Under the pieces are notes generated by a model that was given only the letters and a program-made list of their open reading frames with translations, was not told where the DNA came from and ran no database searches. The translations under genes were made by a program, and so were the position numbers. Of a DNA stretch of 64,000 nt, positions 36,980 to 48,183 are shown one piece after another (position 1 is the first letter of the stretch; every line of letters begins with the position of its first letter). The DNA is from Eukaryota sp. TZLM1-RC (lineage: Eukaryota > Protista > Metamonada: BaSk clade). The stretch spans positions 186,001 through 250,000 of the forward strand of contig JAUPSS010000002.1 in the NCBI GenBank assembly GCA_040285825.1. Reading direction: 5' to 3'.

Positions 36980-38180
36980 AAAAAGTAAATGGCCCTTTCT
37001 CAAAAAGCTTTTCATTCACCACCTCAATTAACCACACCTTGAAATACCCTACCATCTGGGACAATCATATTCTGCTGAAATCAATAATAGTCTTAAGGAA
37101 CCAATGTTACCTAATAAGAAAGAAACAAATCAGAAGAATTCGGACAAAATCAGATTCATGTGATACATATAGGCAAAAACCTAAAAATTTGAAGATAATT
37201 TTTTAATTAATTCAATATTGGAAACGTAACCTTCAAATGGAAAAAATCTTTTTCTGACAGAAGGCTTATTGCTTCAATTTTACTATGTGGAGTGATGCTG
37301 TAGGTTGCTCCTTACACCACATAAGAAAAGATCAAACTGGGAAAAGTCGGCTTATGAAGCCAGAAAAAGGTGAAAAGGATCCGTACTTTTTTAACTTATT
37401 ATAAAAATATTTTGAAAACTTTTTGTTAAAACTACTATATAAAAATCAATTTTTTGAAAAACAGCTTCCACACCATCAAACCGTACAACAGCAATCTTTT
37501 CGCAATGTGCACTAACAGACATCAAAGCTTTCGCAATCGTTTTAGAAATTGATTTGAAAATAGTAAAAACAATACGATTCAACCACAAACAACGATTAAA
37601 ACGCTAATTCATTTTTCTTTTTACCAAATTTTCAAAATCATCAATAAAATTCATGGCAGCTTTTCCAAGGCGTCCATACAACGATATGGCAAATGGGCAA
37701 ATTTGATAATCTACATGGCGAACATGCTTTAATTTTATACAAGGATTTGCATATTTTTTCCTTCTATACAATTCTGAATCATCAAGGGGGGGTACTTCGG
37801 ATTGTGCATTTCTCAAGGCGTTTTTTTGCAAACATCCACTGTTACGACATCAACAAGATTCAAGACATCATCAAATGATGGCACAACAACATCAACACGT
37901 CTCGACTAATTAGCTGAACAATTATGCGATAGTAAAAATTAAATTAATTAAAGAAATTCGCTGGTTGATTGCAAGCAAACCAATTTTAAACATGAACACC
38001 TACAAAGAATGTTGGTTATAGAAAGATGTTTAGACGTAACTTTCGTTTATTACGGCTGGACGAATATAGAACAACTTGTCGATGTCATGCATGTGTACTC
38101 GAGAGTAAAAAAGGTGAAAATATAAAGAAACATCGAGTACCTAACCCAAGACCTTACAGGAGAGCAACAATCCTATTTAG
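36980..38180 (+). pseudogene. Fanzor1 (TnpB-like) relic, family 2, interrupted by a CRE fragment
   Basis: YWKRNLQMEKIFF*QKAYCFNFTMWSDAVGCSL resembles the F..I.TDGVS motif; PTKNVGYRKMFRRNFRLLRLDEYRTTCRCHAC..NPRPYR is RuvC-II plus zinc finger. Confidence 0.75.
37387..37900 (-). mobile_element. CRE-like family D 3' fragment
   Basis: Homologous to ~50850-51320 (PFAISLYGRLGK..LNRIVFTIFK). Confidence 0.85.
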
Positions 38181-38251
38181 AAATTTATGTTATGTCGGCC
38201 GACCCAAACAAAGTTTGAATTTGTTGGCCTTTGCGAAGGTTAACGCCTCCC

Positions 38252-39029
38252 ATGCTTATTGACAACTTACGACTCTCTCCCTTGCTCTCACTATTCATTA
38301 AGTCCTCAGTCTTATCTTATTTTTCATGTTTTCTTTTATATCAAGTTTTTTTGTTTATGTGCTCAAGGCTCCCTCTTACAGATGTTTCTAGACGTAACCA
38401 AATGCCAGCTAAACTCGTATCGGCTTTACATGCCGCTGTATCATTCACATACGCAGTTCATGGTTTAATCCATCATGTTGATTTCCAACACTGGCCAGTA
38501 CATTATGATTTATATGCTGCTCTTTTCCTTGGTATCAGTTGTGGTTATTTCATTTATGACTTCTGTTTATGTGTTTTTGTTCTGAGGGACTATGCTGTTG
38601 CAAACACACTTCACCACACCTTTGCTGTTCTTGCCTCTCTCTCGGTCTCTCTTCCACTCAAAGGATCATTTTTCGCATTCTACCAGCTTCTCACCGAGTT
38701 TACCACACCCTTTTTACACATTAGTTTGATTCTCTTCTTTTCTTACCCCAGTTTGGATTTTGCGTAGTTTTGGATCCTTGAAGCACCACTGGCTTACGAA
38801 GTTGTTTGGTTGTCTATTGGTTTTATCCTGGATTCCCTTCAGACTTCTTCACTCGTTTATATGGCCAATATTACTCAAAAAACACTGGACAATGATTTGG
38901 GAAACTCGACCTCTATGGTCATCTATTACAACAATCATGGGCCTTTCAATAGGCTGTGTGTTGAATACTTACTGGTTTTATCTTTTGGTTTGTAAGTTGC
39001 ATCAAAGTTTTCAAGTAAAGAAAGAGTAG
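38252..39029 (+). CDS. TLC-domain (TRAM/LAG1/CLN8; TMEM56/TLCD-like) membrane protein; exons 38252-38723 and 38752-39029 (249 aa)
   Basis: VSALHA, GYFIYD, LHH, EFTTPFLH, LNTYWF; 28-nt GT..AG intron 38724-38751 joins the two ORFs in frame. Confidence 0.88.
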
Positions 39030-39689
39030 GTTTTGTAAAATTAGCGTAACTGAAAGAATTTTTGATCACATCATGTCAATGTACAACGTACTGGGTGCAC
39101 TCTCTTCTCTTTCCCTTCTTCTGAACAACGAATCTGTAAGTTATTTACTGCACTCCTTCACAAACTGAAATCATTTTCCATTATTGAATCAATATCCAAA
39201 ACAACAACAAATACAACATTCTCGATAGCAAACAACTGTGTCGTTTTCAGCTGCTGTAGGATTTTAGGACCGATTAACTCGAATTTGTTGCGAAATTAAT
39301 ACAATACCATTTCTCTTTTGTGTTTATTAAACAACATGATACATGCTAGTCTTTCAGTATTGGATGGATTTTGTCTGTTTAGTAATTGACTACAAATGGT
39401 TATTGAATCAAGTGATTAATTTCAACAATAACATAATTCTTTATCATCTACGTGATATCAAATGTGATTTTCAATCAATTTTGATTGCACAAATTTCCAG
39501 AGATTCATTAATTTTTGAGTATCGATTTTACTTTAATTTTCAATGAAGAGCAACTGTTATGCAGTGTGGGGTTCACCTGCTACTGGATTCTTAGTTGTTC
39601 ATAATTCTAACACAAGTTCTAATTATAATATGTGTTTTATTTACCATTTATTCAAGTGCTTTTCTATTTGTCATTCCGCATCTTAAAAA

Positions 39690-40225
39690 AATAAAAGTAA
39701 AAAAAAATTATAGCGATAATAATTTGTTTGATTCTCGTCGTGGTGATTTAATTGCTCCTTTTGTGGACTCCTTTCAGGTTGTTGTTGATTTTACTACTGT
39801 TGATCCCCTTGCTTCAATTTATCGTGATGATGTCTTTAGTTAGTTCTAATGGCCAGTTAGACAAGGCTGAGGTTCGTAAACGAGACAACTATGATGAGTT
39901 ATTGAATGATTTAAATAGGAACCTTTACTCGAAGTTTTCTTTTGTTTCTTTTGCCTTCTTTATTTTTGGTAATATTGGTCAGTCTGGTTTGAATTTTTTC
40001 AATGATGTTGATATTCTTTGTCGTTCAAATGGTAAAATTTTTGTTATTGTATTTATAGAAGAATCGTGTCATTTTTGCTTTGTATAGAAGTGTTCCAAGT
40101 AATTGAATTTAATGATGTCCAAGCTTTACAAGGATTTTCAAGAGGTGATGTGGAGAATTTTGTTTCTGATGTGTTTTAGTTTGTTTTGTTTTGTAGTTAC
40201 GTAGAAAATATAAAAATATATAATA
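39690..40225 (+). mobile_element. CRE-like family B degenerate 3' fragment
   Basis: Homologous to ~54195-54700 (SRRGDLIAPFVDS..DFTTVDP). Confidence 0.85.
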
Positions 40226-40521
40226 CTAAAAAGTAGAAATAGAAATAGAAATAGAAATTAATCTCCACATGATCACAACCAGTAGCACAATGTAGTAGCT
40301 ATTTTCACTATTTGCATCAAAGCAAGTAATGCGCTGAATTAAAGTTTGTTCGACAAAAAAGCAAATAAAAGGTATATTTGATTTTTCAAAATCTTTGCCA
40401 GAAATCTACTATTGACGTTATCACCATTTAATTCTTGAAATATTTCCAAATTAATATTAGTTTAGTTATTAGCTTTATTCCAAACCCTAACCCTAATAAT
40501 TGATTCTTTATTGGAGTAATT

Positions 40522-41553
40522 TCATAGCTCTACATCGCCACTACGCATCGTTTCAACAATTGTATCATTAAGTACCACAAAAAACAGCATCTCCCCTTGA
40601 GCGCAGCCCACGCAAATTACTTTACCTTCCTTACTGTCAAAGCTGGTAAGGGAGAGGCCAATGGAGGGGAGGGAGACAGAGGACTTGCAACCCTCAAAAA
40701 GATCGTCAAAAACCCAATACTTCAATTGACAATCACTGCCAACAGAAAAGAGCTCAGTAGCACTAGTCGACATAACACAATTTCCTCGCTCCCCATGCCC
40801 TTCCAAAACTCTGTAAGGTTCATCAAGGGACCGGGTATCCCAGACATACAGATGACCACCACCACCATCAAAACCATTGTGCAAAGAAGCAAACGAAGTA
40901 CAAGATACAGAGCACACAGATGTGGCAAAATGATCATTTAGCGAGACCGAAAAGACTTTTTCCAAGTTGGTATTCCAACAATTTATTGACAAATTCTCTG
41001 CCGACTGTATAATCAATGGATTGTTCGAATTACCATCAAATAGACACATATCTGTCACAACATTGCGAGAGGGAGAAGTTTGGCACAAAGTTGTTTGGTG
41101 CAAAGTGTCATGAATTCTGACAGAGTAATCCCTAGATCCTGAAGCTATCCAGGAAAAATCAGACGAAGAGCATAGTCCATATATAGCTGCTGTGTGAGGT
41201 TCAAATGAATGAAGATGTGTTATGGTTGTCAAGTTATCATCAAAAGTGTATACAGAAGGGCTGCAATCTCTACCTGCTCCTGCAAAGTAGTGTCTATCAT
41301 TGGAAATGTTGGAGCTTGGTGTTGATAAACGTAACCATGGTTGTGAAGAGGAAAATGCACATCGAAGTTTGTGTGAGTGGTAGTCAAATAAACTGATCGC
41401 ACCATCATCATCTCCGGTAAGAATGTGACCAGGAAAAGCTTTAGAGGCAGCCATTGTCCATATTGGTGAAGTAGAAATACTGTGAAATTTTAAACGATGA
41501 CGTTCAACGACTCTATTTACACGATAATTGGGTGTTGAGCAGCAGAGACCCAT
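40522..41553 (-). CDS. WDR31: WD40-repeat protein, WDR31-like (cilium-associated), N-terminal MGLCC acylation motif
   Basis: SGSRD, SRNVVT, IIQSAE, NGFDGGG..WDTR, GH match WDR31-characteristic motifs as recalled. Confidence 0.75.
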   Translation of the reverse strand: MGLCCSTPNYRVNRVVERHRLKFHSISTSPIWTMAASKAFPGHILTGDDDGAISLFDYHSHKLRCAFSSSQPWLRLSTPSSNISNDRHYFAGAGRDCSPSVYTFDDNLTTITHLHSFEPHTAAIYGLCSSSDFSWIASGSRDYSVRIHDTLHQTTLCQTSPSRNVVTDMCLFDGNSNNPLIIQSAENLSINCWNTNLEKVFSVSLNDHFATSVCSVSCTSFASLHNGFDGGGGHLYVWDTRSLDEPYRVLEGHGERGNCVMSTSATELFSVGSDCQLKYWVFDDLFEGCKSSVSLPSIGLSLTSFDSKEGKVICVGCAQGEMLFFVVLNDTIVETMRSGDVEL

Positions 41554-42400
41554 TCTAGCAGGTGATGTTTTGATAAGTGTCCGTTAATGTTGAGGGATCG
41601 AGTATTTTAGAAGAGATTTGCATTTTGGAACCTTCATAACCTTGGCACTTTGTAGGAATACTACTCTCTCTACTCTTTACATGTGCTTCCATCACTGCCA
41701 ACGTATTTTTGAGAAACATTTCGCTCTCTACTGCCCAAACTTTCACAAGATTTACACATGGTAAGCTGGTGTTGATTACCCATCTCTTACCTCTTCCATG
41801 ACCTCGATTTTTTGTCAGATTTCAGGGTCTCAACTGTTTCCTCTGGTTTCTTGCAATTGAAGCAACATCAACTGGTTCGAAACTCATCAATTTAAAAGAC
41901 CATATTACCAGCCTTTTTCAATAAAATTCTCAGACCTTTTCTTTTAGTAGTTTCTTTGAATTTCATACATTTTACTGGTTCCCAGTCTCCGATTCCGATA
42001 ACTACTTGGCTGGAATCACCAATTTCTTTTTTGAAGCACTGAATCGTATTTACCTCAGATCTTGTGCGATTTATTTCAACTCACCATCTTTGTTGTCTAA
42101 ATAATTTTTTGTAATAGACCTCATCAATCTTAATGTTTGTATTGTTCTCTTAAAATACTCTATAAATGCTCCACACCTGCAGTTCTTGAAATTGAATTGT
42201 GATAAAGTTGCTTCCCATTCTTCTACAGATTGAGTTGTGTGGTCATTATTCTTCAAGTTCAATGAGTAATCAATTTCTTGGGGCTTGATGTAATTCATCT
42301 CCTAATAAATGAATTGTTTCTTCAGTCATTTGATTAATTATACCGTCGTTTCGATCCTTCCTTTGTTGTTGCTCTTCAGATGGTTCATAATTGAATGGAT
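41554..42400 (-). pseudogene. Fanzor1 (TnpB-like) relic, family 1, with 3' cassette abutting the WDR31 ATG
   Basis: VEEWEATLSQFNFK; EINRTRSE; VIGIGDWEPVKCMKFKETTKRKGLRILLKKAG..IDEFRTS*CCFNC..CKSC..SRERNVS; several stops. Confidence 0.85.
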
Positions 42401-42519
42401 GGATTAATCAACCTGTGTGAACTATAATTAATTGTAATAAGTGTGTAATTACTTACATTACTGTGATGCCTTGTGTGTCTTAATAAATAACTAAGGTCAG
42501 AATATTTATTGAACAAGAA

Positions 42520-43325
42520 AATGTGGCATCATCTAAATGAAGACCATAAATTTGAGGAACCACATTTTCTTATACAATGCGCCTTCGTTGTTATATTTGG
42601 CCTATAGGTGCCTCATAATTTGATTTGTAAATGTGGATCAAAAATTTCTCCAAATCATCTGCTCAACTGTAAACACTTTATTACTATCCGATCAAAAGTC
42701 CATGATGCAGTTAGGGATCAACTCTATTGTATGTCTAAGTCACACAATTGTTACATTTTTAGAACCTATACTCTGTCGTTTGGTTGATGAAGATATTTTG
42801 AATTCTTTTGATCATAAGAGGTGATTTAATGCTTGAAGGTCTTGAAGGGACCACTATCATTACTGATGTGAGATCCACTGATGTGTGTCATAATTCTTTC
42901 ATACCATTAGCTCAGTCAAAACACAGAAATCCGCTGTCTGTTGCCGAAAATTCTAAAATTGATAAATATAAAGCAAAGTTGCTATCCTTGAATGTTCAAT
43001 CTCACACCCATTGTGTTTTTTGTCCATTTGCTTTTTCCTTACATGGTACGCTTCGACCACTTGCTTTATCTTTTTTAAATGATTTTGTTGAAATTGTGAA
43101 ACAACGTACTGGAAGAATTTTTGACAAAACGTTTTGGCAGAACAGAATTGTATTTTCAATTTTGAAAGGTGTTGTTTTCCTTATTATATTCTGCTTTATT
43201 ATCTCTTGGTCGCTTTTATGAAGGAAATACTTCCAGTCACTTCTTTTTGGCTGATTTGGGCTATGAAGATGTAGAATTTAAGTTTGTTGTTCAGTTTCTC
43301 CGAGGAATAAAAAAAATAAAAAAAA
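42520..43325 (+). mobile_element. CRE-like family C 3' fragment
   Basis: HDAVRDQL, RGDLMLEG..TDVRSTDV, PFAFSLHG, FWQNRIVF, then AATAAA and an A-run. Confidence 0.85.
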
Positions 43326-43364
43326 GAATATTTACTGAATTTCTCTGGATCTCCATAAAGGTTA

Positions 43365-43680
43365 TCACTAGTGAAGTCTATTACATACTACTAGACTAAT
43401 TGTCCACAATACAACAATACCTTTCCCCTCTCTTAGGTCTCGTACTAGAGCTATGAGGACTAACTGCAGGGAAATTAGTCTTAGAATTAGAATTGGAGTT
43501 TACTTTTCGTTTCCTGGTAGTGCGAGGACCAAGGGTGCGCAAATATGATTGGTATGCCTCAGTGCATTTGATGTCAGCAACTGTGACAGCCGATTTCTCG
43601 CCGCTATACCAAACTATGGTGCAATAGGGAACTTTATTATTATTGGAGTCTACAAAATCGAAGTTTTTTTTAATAACGAT
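43365..43680 (-). mobile_element. Fragment of the outer Gypsy family (chromodomain end, PPT, start of LTR)
   Basis: Reverse-complement homolog of ~29065-29355. Confidence 0.85.
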
Positions 43681-44780
43681 ATATTTATTCCAATAAAAAA
43701 ATAAACAATACGACCAGGTTAAAATTCTATGTCTTCATAACCCAAGTCAACCAAGAAAAATTGACTGGAGGTTTTTCTTTCATAAACGCGTCCAAGAGAT
43801 AACAAAGCTGAAGATAATAAGGGAACAACAACCTTGAAAATTGAAAATACAATTCTGTTTTGCCAAAAACTCTTGTCAAAAACTCTTACGTTGTTTCACA
43901 ATTTCAACAAAATCATCCATAAAAGACAAAGCAAGAGGTCCAAGCGTGCCATGAATGGAAACTGCAAATGGAAAGAGGACATAATGAGTATGCGATTCTG
44001 CATTCAAGAATAACAATTTTTGCTTTGCATTTGTCAATTTTGGCTTCTTCGGAAACAGGTAAGGGGGTCTATATTTTGATTGAGCCATTGGAATAAAAGA
44101 ATCATTACATATCAGTGGATCTGACATCTGCAATAATGGTAGTACCTTCAAGACCTTCAAGCATTAAATCACCTCTATTTCGACCAAACGAATTCAAAGT
44201 GTCTTCATCAACCAAACGGGAAAGTAATGGTTCTAAATAGGAAACAATTCTATGTGATTTTGACATACAATAGAGTTGATCTCTTACCGCATCATGAACT
44301 TTTGATCGGAAAGTAATAAAATGTTTACAATTGAATAAATGATTTGGAGAAATTTTTGATGCACATTTACAAATCAAATTATAAGGCACTTTATCAGGCC
44401 AAATATAACAACGAAGGCGCATTGTACAAGAAAATTCGATATCATTTAAAAGAAGACCATAAATTTGAGGAATTGAGTAATTAAACACGAAGAACACGAA
44501 GAGGAACTGTTTTGGGCATCTAACAAAAATTTGCGAAAGCGGGATTATCTTTTTTGGCCGAGCCAAGAGTAACATTAAAATCCAAGCCTTCAAAAATTAT
44601 TGTTAACTTTTGTTGTAATTTTTTAACACAATACCTCAAATTAACTAGTGTTCTAGATGGTAATCTTTGTACATTATTGGGAAAACATTTACGCCAAATT
44701 TCTGAGGCCAAACAATCAAGAGCATTCTGTAGGTCTCTGAGAAAATTATTGCTTGTAAAATTCAATAAATTAACATCATT

Positions 44781-46278
44781 TGTTGCCTTAGGTTGCAAAA
44801 GTGGTTGAGATAAAGAGAATGAGGAAAAGTTGATTTATTTTCTGATCATAACATATAAGCCTTAGGGCGCCAACACTGCTTCTTCCCTTTTTCAAAATAA
44901 ATCAGCTTATATGAATATGAAACAAAACTATAACAAATAACTAAATAACTATAAATACTAAGAACTAAATACTAAATTCTAATGTTTTCTATTGTCTATT
45001 ATCTTTGTAGTGATTGGGATTCACACAAACACTGGTTTCACATTTTTAAGATCGACAATTGATGTACTATGGCTCTCCCAGAACAATGTTAGTATAAAGT
45101 AGTAAGCAATAACTGAAAAGGGCCTCGTTCCAAGATCTGTGTGTTTGAATAATTTGTTGTGTATGTTTTAGTCGCTACATAAAGATGCTCTGCTTCTTGC
45201 CTTTTTCGTAAACGAGAAACGTGGTAGTGTCGTTTAGTAAAGGTATCATGAAATCGAAGAATGGATTCGTTGATGATTATGCAGGGTTTATGTTGGATTA
45301 ACAACAACAGTAAACAAAGTAACAAACCTCAGAGACCTGAAGGTGACGTCTTTTGTTGTTAAAGTACGGGCTTTACGACTAAAAATATCAGAGGAGCAAG
45401 GACCGTATCTTTGCATTGTAGTACAATAATAGTGGAGGTGGAGTTTCTACTCGTAACCTCGGATTTGGTCGACTTTTCTCGTGTTTGGCTCCATGAGGAA
45501 GGGAGCTGCTCGAATGGATAAAAATCCATTGATTCGAGGTAAGGCTCGGTGTCCTTGTTAGAAGTTTGTAGAATCCATCACTGGAGTCATCTTTCTTTGG
45601 AATTTGCTTCCATAAAAGAGGGAGCTGCTCAAACAAACAGTAATCTGTAGGTTCGAGGTGAGCCTCCGCATCCTTCATGATTTGTTGGCGAAGTTCTTTC
45701 TCATCGTCATCCAGTTCGTCTAACACGGACTGAAGTTCTTCATATCTTTGAAGGACTGTCGAAGTTTCAGAACTTGAACCAACATTTGCGTTTTTTGGTG
45801 AGGAGGGTGTGGTCCCGTTCCTGAAACCTTTTGTGGCATTAGGTTGGATTTGGAAGAGGCGGGAGGTGGTTCCGTGCCTGTTTCCATCATTTTGATTTGG
45901 AAGAGGCGGGAGGTGGTTCCGTGCCTGTTTCCATCATTTTGATTTGGAAGAGGCGGAGGGTGGTCTCGAGCCCGAGTCCTCGACTTACTAGTCTCTACTA
46001 CTTCTCCTACTACTACTGTTTGTATGCTAATTGCATACCTGTTATGTTCCTGCATGTTAGTTTTAACGGTGTCAATGTTTTGGCTGAAAAGGACTGACAT
46101 GTTATCTGCTGAAGATATCCTCTGTAGAAAAGCTGTGTTATAACAAAGTGGTATACCTATAACCTAATATGGCCAATAATTATTGTTGCTTTAGGTTGCA
46201 AAAGTGGTTGAGATAAAGAGAATGAGGAAAAGTTGATTTATTTTCTAATCATAACATATAAGCCTTAGGGCGCCAACA
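44781..46278 (-). mobile_element. Small non-autonomous LTR element (TRIM-like, 1498 bp)
   Basis: 95-bp LTRs 44781-44875 and 46184-46278 (TGTTG..CAACA, two mismatches seen); PPT AAAAAGGGAAGAAG; 4-bp TSD AGTG/AATG on the minus strand; internal gag-like low-complexity ORF 45388-46100. Confidence 0.9.
45847..45956. repeat. 47-bp tandem repeat, about 2.3 copies
   Basis: GATTTGGAAGAGGCGGGAGGTGGTTCCGTGCCTGTTTCCATCATTTT starting at 45847, 45894 and (partial) 45941. Confidence 0.9.
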
Positions 46279-46339
46279 CACTGGGAAAACGGTTGCAAAA
46301 TTCAAAAACAAAATTTTTCAAAATCGAAGTAATCTATAA

Positions 46340-46585
46340 TTAGGAGCGTCCAAAACTAACTAAACTAAGAACTCTAGTTCTCGCCTGCCAAACTCTGTCA
46401 CCTGAGTTCATAGTTCGCCTGGCCTCTCAACAACTTTTGATACAGGTATTTGCTTGTAAACTTTCAGCTCTTAAACTTGATCTTTCTTTACAGGCAATGT
46501 ATCCAGCGGTAGAGAAAAAGGCGTTCTGATGCAACTAAAGTGGCCTGCATTCCGAGATAATCCTTGGCTAACAGGAAGAAACCAT
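46340..46585 (-). pseudogene. hAT transposase C-terminal fragment
   Basis: LAKDYLGMQATLVASERLF resembles the hATC LARDYLAIPATSVASERAFS motif. Confidence 0.6.
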
Positions 46586-46599
46586 AATATTATAGACTA

Positions 46600-46890
46600 T
46601 AATCTTAATAATTACAGATTCTTTTCTTATCACCGGCAGCAATGTTCTGATGCCAATGCTTATCTTCCTAAGGGAGGTCAGAGAGGTATAATTTACAATG
46701 ATTAGTGCTAGCCGTCAACGTCGAACCAGTGACGAGAATCTTGAGTAATAAACTTTTATTACATTTCACTTCTTGAATGAGAACAGGGCCAGCGAAGCAA
46801 CCATGGAGTTTACCATTAGTCTTTAATAGCAGAACTAAGTCACCTTTATTGAAAGGGTTCCTATGTTTGTTAACTTCAGGCAGTTGTTGA
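46600..46890 (-). mobile_element. Gypsy integrase C-terminal fragment (outer family)
   Basis: QQLPEVNKHRNPFNKGDLV..FAGP, nearly identical to the 27725-29311 protein. Confidence 0.85.
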
Positions 46891-47299
46891 AAAGTTTTTA
46901 TAGCTTGTTTGCTTTTGTAATAGTCTTTTTCATTGAATTTCTTTAAACAGTGACGTTTCAACTTTTGAGACCGTCTCATAGTCTAGTATTTATTATTAGT
47001 ATCTTCTTACCAACACCGTTTCCACTTCCATTGTGCTGTTTTCTAGTAAACTCCAAGTATTCAATTTAGCAAAAATTAATATCCTTCATTCTGTTTCTGA
47101 ACAATCATTATTCCAACTTGGCAATTCAATGTGTTTAGTCAGTGTTTTTGAACAGGTAAAGACTCATAACCAATCGTCCTCGCACTACCAGGAGACTCTG
47201 GTGATTATAGCAATTGGAGTGAATACATCCCAATTGTACAACTTCAAATGAATTCAACTATTAGTAGAGTTTCTTTTTAAAATTTGTATTTTGATTGCC

Positions 47300-47750
47300 A
47301 AGTCCAACAAAACATTAAAAAAACTAGAATTCAATATCCTCGATACACGCATCAACATCACCAAATCTCTTAAGCGCGCGATTTTCATACTCTATTCCTA
47401 ATTGTAACAGTGTTTTTGTCAATATTTCTGGAATTGCTTTGAGCATACTGAAAACAATTCTATTGTGCCAAAAATTGAAGTTCAATTCTTTTCCTGCTCT
47501 TTCTTTTATTAAACTTCTGAAGCCTTCGAGAAATTTAATGCCAGACATTTCAATGTTACCAAAAAGAGAAACAGCAAATGGAACCAACTGATACTTGACA
47601 TGCTCAACACGTCGTAAGTGAGATAAGGGTTCGTTGAATTTTTTTTAATTTGCTCTTTTCAGCAAAGCAAAGCGGAGTTTCATCTTTTTTAGCAAAATCA
47701 ATTGCTGAATCCTTACAAACATCAACAGAGTAAACATCAACAATTTTGAG
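47300..47750 (-). mobile_element. CRE-like family E 3' fragment
   Basis: VDVYSVDVCK..PFAVSLFG..FWHNRIVF. Confidence 0.75.
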
Positions 47751-48111
47751 GTAGGAGAGGTCTGTAGGAGAGGTCTGAAATCACAAACTCAATACCCAGC
47801 ATTGCTCGCAGCTACATTGATCTTTGAACTCATCACATCTGCTACAACAATGGTTTGCTTTTATGTTAAATAGATTTTATTTGATAAATACATCTTTGGA
47901 AGATGTCAGTATTGGTTGTGGGTCATGATCAGAAATAGAATTGCTCAAATGAGTCAATAGTTCAAAGGATCTTATCATGCAAATTCAGTTTAGAGAGAAC
48001 AGCTCTTAGTTGTGGTGATTAGCATCGAAGTAAGCAACTTGGGATTTTAGGAACAAGAACTTTTAAAACCAATTTGAATAATACTATTCACGTATCATAT
48101 CATTGTTGTTG

Positions 48112-48183
48112 TCTCTCATAGTGTAATGGCTAGCACGCCAGACTTTGAATCTGGCAATCTGAGTTCGATTCTCAGTGAGAGAA
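48112..48183 (+). tRNA. tRNA-Gln (anticodon TTG)
   Basis: Full cloverleaf: TCTCTCA/TGAGAGA, GTGT/GCAC, CCAGA-CTTTGAA-TCTGG, CTGAG-TTCGATT-CTCAG; TTTTT about 15 nt downstream. Confidence 0.93.

Larger units (their letters stand above)
43830..46330 (-). mobile_element. CRE-like family C copy interrupted by a small LTR element
   Basis: KNFVFEFCNRFP (46330-46283) joins NDVNLLNF (44780 down); MRLRCYIWP..CKC..HLFNC..RGDLML. Confidence 0.85.

Noticed and set aside
37275-37390. Hairpins followed by a T-run suggesting a Pol III ncRNA
   Set aside because: The sequence translates as Fanzor1 coding remnant, and the T-run is the tail of the inverted CRE insertion
40235-40258. (AGAAAT)4 microsatellite as a CRE target
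   Set aside because: Not present at other family B ends
40485-40496. (CCCTAA)2 telomere-like repeat
   Set aside because: Only two units; expected by chance
41554-41560. Helitron 3' end (CTAG) for the Fanzor cassette
   Set aside because: CTAG is followed by A rather than T and no GC-rich subterminal hairpin is visible; cannot be supported
45847-45956. CRISPR-like array
   Set aside because: Contiguous tandem units with no spacers, in a eukaryotic context
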